Source: Fimbriosthenelais zetlandica (taxonomy: Eukaryota). Taken from it: 64,000 bases of DNA. The DNA is taken from positions 23,188,001 through 23,252,000 of the forward strand of contig OZ365114.1 of assembly GCA_977030845.1 (NCBI GenBank), written 5' to 3'. The notes beneath the pieces are model-generated. The model was not told where the DNA came from and searched no databases. It saw only the letters and a program-made list of their open reading frames with translations. Shown in pieces: positions 41,618 to 52,870 of this stretch. How positions within the stretch are numbered: position 1 is the first letter of the stretch; every line of letters begins with the position of its first letter. The position numbers and the translations under genes were made by a program.

Positions 41618-44600
41618 CTATAGATGATTGTTATCTATTTCTATTTTAACAAGAGATGCTGTTTTGAGGACCCCAGCAAGTATTTCCTCTCCTGTTGGTT
41701 TGATTTCCGTTGGTGGTAACTGGAATGAAGATTTGAAATATAAATAATCAATCATTAAATTCCTCTCAGATTGACAGTAAATAGAAACAAAGAGATGTAA
41801 AACTGCTTATTGTGTACCTGGAATGATATTGCCATGTGGGGTTTGACTTTATTTGGTCTCAGTTCCAGGGTGTATGCATATTTGACGCCAGCGGTGGCCT
41901 TGGCCCAATCCATGGATGACCCGGAAGCAAGGTCTGAGGAGAAATGGAAACATTCAATCAAAGCAAATCAGCTGATTGTTCTTATCATTCCTTTTAAACG
42001 GAACTTTGAGCAATACATGAACTTCCATAGTACCTTGGAGGTAAAAATTCACTTACAGTGTCTTTCTGGGAAATTCAGTACTTCATAGGTTTCTCCATGA
42101 ACATTGTAAATAGCAGCAGCTGATAAGTTGGCCACACGTTCCTGGAAATATAGGATAATACTGGATTGTGTTACAATATACGTCAGGTGTATAAATAGTC
42201 ATGGGTGAAGAAAAGAGACTACAAACTCATAGACTGTCAGTTGATTGTTTGGATCAAAATAGATCGGTTGATTGGGAGGAAGGATTAGGGACTCAATGTC
42301 CCAGTATAGGCTGTGGCAATGCTTGCTGTAGACTTCAGGAGGACTTGGCAGGAACACGCCTGCATGTGTCCTGTCATAATGATGCTGAGAACTGTCTTTA
42401 ATCGAAACTTTATGGACTATGGAACTGCCAAGCAGCCAAATGGATTCTCCTACAAGAGAACATAAGGCGTCTGTGGATTATGATGGACCTACCAAGTCAG
42501 GATAGTCAGGTGCACGGTAGTGCTCCCCAACCCATGGTAGCACAAAGTACTGGAGATATGCGTGCAGAGAGAAGTAAATGTGCATGTCTTCCTTCTCTGC
42601 AAACAGGAAGTCTCGAATGTTGCGAGACTCGGGTTCAGAGAAAGGTGCCCTGCCATGGAAGTTCAGTGAGCAAGGATTATCACCAGAGAATCCTGGAATG
42701 GAACAGAGGACGAAACTGTATGATGATTATCACAATCCGTCCCTGATGAAAGAAAGACGATACCTACCAGTTCTGGGAAATCAGGAGCTCTTCTCTTCAC
42801 ACCCACCCACGGCAGGACCCAGAGCTGCATGAAGCAGTGAAGAGAAAAGTAAATGACCATTTTCTGCTTGTTGGCCAGGATGAAGTCTCGGATGTTGCGA
42901 GACTCATGTTCAGAGAAGGCTTGGGTTCCTTGGTAGGTGAAGGAGCAGGGGTTACGCTGGGAGTATCCTGGTTAGGGATTATACAGATATAGGTATGCAG
43001 GGTATTAAGTATGCCAGGGTCCAAGAAGGGTTATCAGTCTGATATTATTGAAAGTCAAGGATAAAGCATGGTTTGTAAGACAGGGATGTTATCTGAGGTT
43101 GCTATTAAAATCCATGTAAGGAGAAATGAGGTATAGAAGATGTTGTAGAACCTGTAATATCGAGCTTTGGAATGAGATAAATGGAGATCAATTGTTAAAA
43201 AATAAGGTGTAGCAAAGCAAAACACATACTTCCCCAGTTGAAGTCGAAGTTCCTATTCAGATCAACACCGAAGCCTCTCTTACATCTGTCAGGGCAAGGA
43301 TCATTTGGACTTCGGTTCTTTCTCCACAGTCGATTCTGAAATCAATCAATTTATATATTATAAATTCACTGACTCAGAGGAGTTCTCCATGCCAAAATGA
43401 ACCAAATGTAATGTGCTTTCTGACCTCTGTCCATGTCCAGTAGTAGCCATCTGGGTTGACCATTGGTAAAATGAACCATTGATAGGCGTCAGCAATGGAG
43501 CGGATGCTCTCTGATTCATTGAACACAATCTGGTAACAATAGAGAAAACTATTATTGATTACTTCAATTTACCTTTCCATCAATATCGTTGCAAGATATT
43601 ATAAAATGTCATAGCAACCTGATGTATGATATGAAGGGCTGTTGCTGGGGCTATCCACTCTCTTGCATGGATTCCGGCATCGATCCAAATCTTGGGTTTC
43701 CCGTTTCCCTCATTTAGCTGCAAGATAGGACGGATCTTATGAAGTTAAACCGTATGTATCGGCTACATAAATTCCTGGTAAAGTTAATGTTAGAAAGAGA
43801 TAGTTGTGGAGGTACATGTGTTCAGTCTACCTTTATACCGTACATGCTCCTGTTCTGATATGACTTGCCGATATTGATGAGTTTGGCTCGTCCCTCAGAT
43901 GCATTGACAACTCGCTTTAGGTAGTCATTGATCTAAACATTAATATGAATTGATGGTTTTATAAATTGTTGAATGATTCTGGATAAAATGAGTATAAGTA
44001 ACAGTGTAGTTATGTTCATAGACGCTACCTCTCCATACAGCATGTAGTAGTGAGGGGCTTCCACCTGGTGGCGATTCAGGGACCTACGCTTCCTCTTTGA
44101 TTTCTGAGCTTCCACCAGGTTTTCATGCATCTCTTCATCCAAGATTCTGAGGGGTGAATTAAGGGAAGGAGTCAATGGTTTCTAGCTATGGCATGGAATA
44201 CCAACTTGGTATATTATATTAATTGAGTAATTCTTTCTGTGAGTTAGCATAGCTCACCTCTGTAAGTTGTTCGTTGTCTGGGTATATGAGAGACCCGTGG
44301 TTGCTAGGTAACTGATCACATGATCCTGTTCATAAGGCGAGACAGCAACCTCAACCGGAAGGTCTCGATTGATGACGTCACACAAAATATATACCTTTAA
44401 AGGAATTGTTAATGCAATTCTAATAATATATAGCTGATAATTAAGCATTGGGGATTGCATAGGTAAAGAATTGGGTATATTTATGTTGATTTTCCATTGG
44501 GAGAGAATTATCATAAATGGCTCCACAAAAGAAGCTCTTGTTTGGGGCACAAACTTTAGACAGTGTACTTACATAGTCACTGTCATCATAGTCCTCTAGA

Positions 44601-45873
44601 AAGCTCTGGATAGCTTCAGTTTGCTCTTGATTCTTTGCTGGCCCTATGGTGAATACTGACCAACTGAAGAAGAGATTGAATGAGGAATATGTTTAGTGGT
44701 ATAACTTGAAAGGAATAAGGTCAAAGAGGAAATTAAAATAAATAGTTCTTGCTCCCTTTCGTTTGACATAAACAGGGGTAGACATTTAATGATACATTTT
44801 GTTTGTGATTTGGTCAGGTCCTTGACTGCTCCTGTTTATATTGGCGTTATAAACAAGCACATGGGGGTGCTACAATCTGGGTCGCTTATCTCGTTTTGTA
44901 TTGAGGGCCATGTGTTACGATCTTAGCTTACTATAACAAATGCCATAGACGTAAATGAAAGATCCAAATCACAGCTTAGCCATAGTCTGCGATGGGGGTC
45001 TGTTGGATTCTTCTGAATATCAATTATAACTTAGGAATTGATCGATAATTCATGCCTTGTTTCTGCATGACCCAGGCAGAAATAATGCCTCAAAAGTAGG
45101 CCTAACTCTTTATGTAACTTAAATGATGTCTCATGATAATCTACCCCACATAAAACTTGTCCTAAATGTAATTCTGAGAAGGACATGTCATTCTTGGAAG
45201 ACAAACTCCAGAAAGTAAACTTTTTGTCGTTTCTTATAACTTTGTCAGTGATCTAAATCAGGGTCTAAACTGCCAAATGATGATGTGACACCGCGGGGCA
45301 TATTTCCGCTTCCGTCTGATTAGCCTCGTTTGGAGACTTGTGGGCAGGCTGCCAATTGGTCAGTGCCGAGTGTAACCTCAGACAAGGACGACGTCTGGCC
45401 GTAGAGATTAGTATTCATATCAGCGAGGCACCCAGAAATAAATGAGTGCAACATTGCCCCGCAACAAGGCCTATAGACCAATGTTGCCCCCAATATCTGG
45501 GTCCTGCTTCAGTAAAAAAAAATCCACTACACGAGCCCAGGGACTCATGTAGCAAATTCTTGTCGTCGTTACCTTATTAGAAATATTGGGATCCAAGTAT
45601 TACTAGTTTTTTGATGAAACAATATATTAACATTACTTGTATTCCCAAATCTTAGAGTCTCTGACTTTTATTTGTAACCATAAGGATTATCATATTGGTT
45701 CACAGATCTATAGAGCTATTAGTATACGATTAGAAATTACGAACATATTAAGTTCCAAAAAGTTATTCAAAAAGTTCTACTCACTGTCTGAAGCGTTGCA
45801 CTTTAGCTAATAGTAGGGTGGGAACCAATGCCAAAAGGCATATAGTGGTGAAAGTTGATAGTTGATGGAACAT
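41618..45873 (-). CDS. M14A zinc metallocarboxypeptidase (CPA/CPB family), 449 aa preproenzyme. Exons: 45785-45873, 44573-44663, 44258-44394, 44029-44146, 43831-43932, 43619-43717, 43425-43529, 43230-43335, [42768-42967 or 42493-42692], 42057-42141, 41818-41933, 41618-41719
   Basis: All introns are GT-AG with consistent phases (1350 nt with one cassette). Signal peptide [23 protein letters not shown], then a prodomain and KRKRR. Family motifs: DAGIHAREW (H69/E72), NPDGY, RLWRKNR (R127), GVDLNRNF (N144/R145), SLH (H196), Y248, GSSMDW, YTLELR (E270). Confidence 0.96.
42493..42692 (-). CDS. Carboxypeptidase cassette exon 9b (200 nt)
   Basis: cattccag|ga ... ttg|gtaggt. Encodes [66 protein letters not shown]. 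Confidence 0.93.
42768..42967 (-). CDS. Carboxypeptidase cassette exon 9a (200 nt)
   Basis: ctaaccag|ga ... ctg|gtaggt. Encodes [66 protein letters not shown]. Confidence 0.93.
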
Positions 45874-45961
45874 TTTGTGGTATAGAGACAGTCTCGATCT
45901 CTCCCTCCCCTTCTCCCTGTCTGATCTCTTCTATACCACTCTCACATCCTACCACAGTGCC

Positions 45962-45967
45962 TTTATA
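45962..45967 (-). promoter_or_regulatory. TATA box of the carboxypeptidase gene
   Basis: TATAAA on the - strand, ~90 nt upstream of the ATG, which has a cacaaaATG context. Confidence 0.55.
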
Positions 45968-47830
45968 CTGATCTAGCTCCCTGTACCAGCCGGCTAGACG
46001 TGCCTAGATCTTCAGGCTAGAATAATATTGTAACATCGTAAACCTTCACACCCCCTTTTTCTTTTTAGTGTGTACAGATTTGTTATGTATGCATCTACAT
46101 GCAAACCATGGTCACACCCCAATTTCATATCAGTAGTATTCTGTGAGCACTGTTCCCACATTTAAGATATGGTAAGAAGCATCATCTCGTTACCCAAAAT
46201 TGGAAACAGAGTTCTTAAGTAACATATGGGGTTTAGGGGCTTTAAGCTAGGGGTCGTCTTCCTGTTCCTCTTTTGGTTTAACATTAACTCTCAGTGTTGC
46301 CTAGTTCCTATTCGTTCCACCAGGTGGCACCACAAGTCTTTCTTAACCGCTTTTTCCATTTATCAAAAAAAGTTAGAGAAGTATCAAATTCACAATTGGA
46401 CCTGACATCTTTCGTCCTCATTGATCTATTATAAATCAGTAATATATCGTTAGGATCAGTACGATCTATTTTTATTCAGATTTGATTTAGTCCGAGGTAG
46501 GTTCGTATAATGGATGCCCTCCATTGATACAGCTGCCAGCTCATTATCTTCAGACCTATTTTTAAAACAGGGCAAGTTTCCAAGATGATCCCAACATGGC
46601 CGGGTAGAAAGGATCATATAGGGTGTGGCTCCAAATATAGGGCTACCTTATAGGTCATACTTATATAATCAACTCAAAATGAATGTTAAAATCATAAGTT
46701 TGTTACATTACTCCATTATACATTTATCACATTATACTGGCCTATATTCATGCATCATTCTATACTTTCCAAGCTGATATCATTCGAGTTATGACAAGTT
46801 CTTACTTGGAATTCCCAGTTATGGGAATATTTTGGGAAACTCATGAGAGCTTATGACTAAATATTATGGAATGTTTTTGTCATAATTCCCATATTAACAG
46901 AATAACGGCTGTTTAACTTGCACTGATCGTTTTACGCAACTATTAAATACCCTGGAGTTTGAATTGTAAAAGCAAGTTCCACGTACAACTAGTTGTAGCA
47001 TTGAAAAGCTTACAGGAGCAGTTCAGATTGCACTCGTTCAATGCATAGATTCAGCTCGGAATGATTCCAGCGATCTTTCTTGGTAAATGTTGAATATCAA
47101 ATGCGCTCAGATGGGCTTTTATTCCGCATCTAGATCTACCTCGTATACTGAAATTTTATTACATGGCTTTAATTGAGCACACAGCACGAGGTTTGAAGGT
47201 GAATGTGTAAAGTACCTCTCTAGTGCTGTCACAGCCCACCAGGTGTCAGAGACATGGCTCTCATTCCCATGGACATAAATCCCCGTCATCTCACATTATT
47301 ATTATGTATGATCAGTACTCGTGGAATTCCACGTCTTTGTTCCGATCCCAAACTGGGCAGATATTACTATTACTTTCCTTGTACACTGCCTAGCATTTAG
47401 ATATATGTCCACACAGCATACATGACATTTATCCTGATGATAAAGCGGATTATGCTAATGGATATATAGGTCATAAAACCTTTAGTAAGACCTTAGGATT
47501 ATATGGGGTTGGCGTTAGAAATTTCAAGATCAGTTTGTTCGAGAACAAAATAATGTGAAAAGGATGAATGGTTGGACAGACTGAAGTGCTCTAATAGACA
47601 GATATAGATTGGTTCATCACTGCATTTCCGTGTTTGAATTTTGGCTGGCAACGTGGAAAGGGACTAAAAAATGGCTTGGGGAAAGTTTTGGAGTTGGTAT
47701 TTTTGTTTGAGGAGAGAAGAGGGCAATAGGCAGTGGTGACCTGGTCGTGTTGATGAACAAGTGTGTTGTGTGGTAGGTAGGTAAAACAGTTGGCAATTGT
47801 ATCAGTCATGGACTGACCGCCTGGAGGCAA

Positions 47831-47890
47831 AGAGACCGAGAGAGAGAATGAGAGAGAGTCCAGAGAGAGAGAGAGGAGAGGGAGAATGGG
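47831..47890. repeat. Imperfect (GA)n tract
   Basis: gagagagaga runs read directly. Confidence 0.7.
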
Positions 47891-48370
47891 AATTGGTGAG
47901 AGAGAAGTGTATAGATATAGAGGATAGGAGTGGTGGTAGGCCAAATCAATGGTTTCCATGTTTTATTCTCAAAAATAGATTAAATATGTACATCTATACC
48001 CTTTTATACAAATTTAAATATCATGTATTCTTTTGCACCTTTTAAGTTTGCATTTGTCCGAAACTTCTAAGAATACTTTGTAATGTGTAATGTGAGTTTG
48101 CCTGATATGATAGTTTTTCTTTTATTTCATAATCATTCAATAATGATTATCAACTTTCATATTAAGAAGCTACCTGATAGGATGATGAGAGGGGATAAGT
48201 AGGAAGTGATTTGTCATGATTGTTCTGCTTTGTGTAGGAAACAGAGAATGTGAGAAGTGTGTCCTCACATTGGTATAGAGGTGGACGGGTCCAGCTCTCG
48301 CTAATAATGCCATTCTCTGGTGGGCTAGAGTGGAGAATACACCTGGCCATCTCTCGATCTATACCACCAC

Positions 48371-48405
48371 ACACCACCACTACCACCACTACCTCCACCA
48401 CCACT
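48371..48405. repeat. Imperfect (CAC)n tract
   Basis: caccaccactaccaccactacctccaccaccac; it generates the His-, Thr- and Val-rich spurious ORFs here. Confidence 0.7.
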
Positions 48406-49624
48406 GCTCCAGTCAGTGGTCACTCACACCTCTGCCATCATCCACGCTTCATCACCATATACAAATATCATATAATCACTTTTCTTCATTTCTTCATTCA
48501 ATCACCAACACTTACAGCTAAGCCTGACATTGCCATCTCCTGATCACTAAGGATATCATCTTCCTACTTCCACATACTGATATCTGAACATCTGATTTCA
48601 GCGGTGGAGGTTGGGTTGATGAATAAGAACGGTAGATAGAAGTCAGTCTTAGTGTTGGGCGATATCATGGAGCCTGAGGATATGGTTTTTATGGACTTTG
48701 TATAATGAGGACCACTTTATATAGCCTTGATGTCCAAGAATATCCTGATTCATGAACGCATTTATTAACCAGTGAAAACAGCAAAACAAGAGATCGCTGA
48801 TCAGGATAATCGATCAACACATCCCCTAAACAGGTCTATGATTGACCATGCTCTAAAGTTGTTTGCTGAGCGCAATCCGTATTTTAAAGACTTCAATAAC
48901 GACGGTCACACCTGGTGAAGTTTATAAACTTCATCCCTTTGTTTTCAAGTCGGAGGGGAGCAGCGAAGCAGATTGTCTGATGATCATTTCGGATCTTCTG
49001 ATCAATCAAAGGACTTTCTGCTTTGCACACTGGGCATTTTACTCAGATGATATTCTGATTTATCACCTGCTAAATCTATTCAGTGTATTCCTTGATAAAT
49101 TAAAGTCATGGATTGAGGAGAACATGACGTCACAAGTCGGCCGGATCTGCTGTGTCGTCACTGAGCACATTCTCTCACATAGCCAAAGGCTTCATACAGG
49201 GATGATCTGAATTATGTGACAGCACCGCGTGTCATGTTAAATTATATACCATGATTTACCATCAACACATGGACTTTATCCACACAGTATTGAGAGAGAA
49301 CCTAAAATATATTTCATGTATTGAATGAAATATCTCTTAGCAGACATTGACAAAAAGCCCACGGATGGATCCCTTAAAGACTACACAACAATGGGCCAAT
49401 GGGGAAATATTTGACTTAATATAATTTTAATTTCTATATATTATAAATGATAAGGGTCCTCTGATTTGCTTACACCAAAGTGAGAGAATGAAGGTTCAAT
49501 ATCAAAGACAGACTGAGGCCTCACACTGATAGCAGACTATTAATTGTATCTTGAGAGTGAAGTTTCAAGGCGCTATTTGGAGTGGACGGGAGTATGCCCG
49601 CGTGTACTTGGCCGGTCACCCAGA

Positions 49625-49999
49625 ATGCTAAGCCCAACCCAGCCGGCCACCGTCAGTTGTTTCCTGGCCCTGCTGGCTTTTATGACTGGTTCTTACCATT
49701 GCCCTCATGGACAGCACCAGCAGCAATGTTCAGGCATCTTGATCGTTTCTGCTGCTCCCTACCTCTCTCACAGGAGGCCCTCCCAATGGAGGAAGCGGAT
49801 AGCAGTGGGCAGCTGGTACCCCCAACCTCTCCCACCTTACGCCAGCTCAACCCCTCCTCTTCCCACTCTTCCCTCCACCCTTCCCCCAATTTCCACAAGC
49901 AAAGACTTGAACAAAGCAAGAATCCAAGACGGGAGTGGCCATCCTGATAAAAGCACCTCCAAGAAATCCAACAAGAAACTAAAAGTTTTATCCAATAAG
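49625..49999 (+). CDS. Probable first coding exon of the astacin gene (signal peptide plus Pro/Thr-rich and basic pro-region)
   Basis: 125 codons from ATG (MLSPTQPATVSCFLALLAFMTGS...) to aag|gtaaga. The phase-0 donor matches the phase-0 acceptor at 58664. The link crosses an 8.66-kb intron and is inferred. Confidence 0.65.
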
Positions 50000-52832
50000 G
50001 TAAGAAAAATAGTTTTACTGGATAATAAACGAGTCTTTTAGCTCATGTATTGGTGGCAAAGTACATCACGACCGAGCGACAGCGATCGAGGGTAGGACTC
50101 TCGATAGTGAGTGATATGGCACCAATAATAGCTTTCTTAGTTCGATAAAATACTGTGTAAATGATGTCCAAATGCTTTGTTTTTACACATAATACTTTGA
50201 GTAGTGTATTAGCATGATGTAGGAACGTGACTGAGGATATTTCCTTTCGCCTGTAGCTATGAGATATATGCATAGATCACGTAATTATATTTACATTCAT
50301 TTGATTGATGATAAAGACGGCCTTTGGTCAGATTCTTTCATAGCATTAGGAGAAAAACAACCCTCACATGTCACATGGATTAACTCATGAAGTATCACTT
50401 CTTATTTTTAGAAAAGAGCAAGAAATGAAATATTTTAGGTTCAGAAGTGTCAGGATAATTATATTCATTCTGTTGGTTCTGAGTTACAAATGAAGGTTTT
50501 ATTCGTGCAATTGAAGAACGATATCATGAGACAATGAATGTTATGGGAGTATTGCTGGGCGGACAGGTCTGTCAGCTGGCACGTGATTAGCAGAGGAACC
50601 ATGTACCGGGTATAATTGGACGAGCATTAACTTAAGTGATCAATGCTTCATCTCTTGCTATAGATCGGTCTTTATAGGACAACGCCCACAAGCAGGTGTC
50701 CAAGAAAAGAGGGATAGGTCAATGTTGCCCAGAATATTATAGGACATTCAGTATTAACATGATATACTACACTGCAAAAATGAATTACATGAGGGTCAAT
50801 ATCTACATGACTGTATGGGTTTAAATTATTCAGTTATGTAAAATATGATTAGGTTATGAATTACATGACCCTCATGGAAAATCAACTTAGGAACTAATCC
50901 CACTCAATTCCTTTTTACAGAACGGTTCTACTACAGTTGTGTAACTTGCACGTTCTGTGAATATATTCTAAAAGCACGAAAGCAGCACTCACTCCCCTTT
51001 GACACTTTTTCTTGTATCCTCGAATCTTTTATTGGTGCCTTTTTAAGTAGGCATTTTGTCATATTAATTACTAATAACTGGTAATCAGTAATAGTAAAAA
51101 CAAGACCCTGATTGTCTTAATATCCACTGTAAGTAGGGCAATTTTCACATCAATTAGGGATCAAATTGGAGGATGTTATAAAATCACTGCCTTGACATTG
51201 AATTAGACGCACTAACTGTACTTGATTATGTCATCAATATACATATGCATAATGTCCTGGTCTTTAGACCACTCACCGTTGAACTCCATATGATGTCGTT
51301 CTGATTCACAGTCATGATGTCATACTGATGTCACATTTTACATGTCTTTTCCTTAAACCTTTCTGGCGATGAAATATTATACATCTTCACCATAAATTCT
51401 GACTGACTGGAAATAATTATGATATTAAGTGCTCAAATAGTTGTTTAGAGTTTAGATACTGCTTGCTGAAGGGTGCTAAATGATTATATCCACATATAGA
51501 TGTTTCTATGGAAAGATCTTGGCAAATAGTGTCCTCAAATGTTAAATATGGAAGAAGTGAGAGACGTTCATCTGAGGGAATAATTATCTGGAAGTTAATT
51601 ATATTGTGGTTGAGGATAATAAGGAGATGAGAGTGGTTATAGAGTGAATGACCAGGGTACCAACTGCTGCCGACTGACACAGCTGATCTCAACTACTTAA
51701 TCCGCACCATACAGACAGGCTTTTTATACAGGTGCTGCTTCAATTAGCCATTCATTGGTAATTCCTGATGTAGCATGTGACTCTGACACTGCAATACCTA
51801 CAAGGCAATCACAGACCCCAGCAACGCGCTCACCAACTCTGCTACATAATGATAGTGTGTTAATTAAAATTATAAATCCCAACCTCCATCCATAATGTCT
51901 AGGAGATCCTTCATTTTTTTCTTGGTCATGACTGTATGTTTTTGGATCTATAAGCTAATTTGACTTGTCTGTTTACGCTGCTTATCTGTACAGCTTATCC
52001 TTTTATCTTATTACCTGCCTCAATTAGCCCCTGAATGACTTTATTATCATAACTCTTTCTCTCTATTATTCATCATTAATTTATATATTCGTGTTGGGAT
52101 TAATTGACTTTTTAGTATATTCAAACTTCAAAGAAGTCATAGCCATGTATCGTGGAAGCACATATCAAAATGCTTGCCTTTCGTGACGGTTGGTGTGGAC
52201 TTATGGCAGCTTGTGGCCCTCCGTGATTATTAATGAGAAAATTAGAGATTGTCATCATTGAAAATGGTTAGCTTAACGAGCATGGACGTTCATGACAGCA
52301 GAGGTATGGTTTATGATCTGGATTTAGTAAGGTTATTTCCAAGAAAACATATATGTAATGTTACTAGTATGCTTCATTGGTAATATCGAATTTGTAATAT
52401 ATTTCATATGTTGTGAATCATATAGGGTTAATATTATTTATTCTCTTTAAGCTGATATACACTAATCCCTGATAAAGGCGTAGAACTTAGGATATATGAA
52501 AACATTGTCCCTGCCTTCCAATGTTTGTATTGATCTTGACCATATTGACAAATGATCTTAAAACGCTAATTTACAGCTGGCAAAACATCCACATATCTGA
52601 CATATATCATCAGTCTTATCTATGATGGTTTTAGTCTTAAATGACCTCAACTGAATGTCTCGTGAATGGAGCTATTCATATATTGTTAAAGAGGTATACA
52701 TGTACACACAAGCAGATGCTTGATATTAATTCTGCCACACTGCCATAGGCAAAACTCTGACCTCTCGGCCCTCAGCACAATATCAGTATTAAACTGAAAT
52801 TATGAGAGTATGCTGATATTGATAAATTACTC

Positions 52833-52870
52833 TTGTTATTCTTGATGGATTCATCCATCAAGAATAACAA
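52833..52870. repeat. Perfect 18-bp inverted repeat with 2-nt spacer
   Basis: ttgttattcttgatggat-tc-atccatcaagaataacaa. Confidence 0.95.

Noticed and set aside
42222-42449. Possible third carboxypeptidase cassette: an acceptor ttgtag|ga opens a stop-free frame with S-K-H-C and W at the same offsets as S-L-H-C and W in exon 9a
   Set aside because: There is no GT donor at the 200-nt position, nucleotide similarity is negligible, the matching serines use different codon families, and the conserved PC, FSE and LPW motifs are absent.
42703-42749. Hammerhead ribozyme-like strings GAGGACGAAAC and CTGATGA on the + strand
   Set aside because: Stem II cannot form after CTGATGA, and there is no room for stems I and III with a cleavage triplet.
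43135-43151. Possible micro-exon after ttacag in the intron before cassette 9a
   Set aside because: No GT donor follows before an in-frame stop, and the gene is already in frame without it.
49582-49947. Alternative 121-aa ORF overlapping astacin exon 1
   Set aside because: It has no signal peptide and stops before the 49999 donor; the other frame fits the downstream exon phase.
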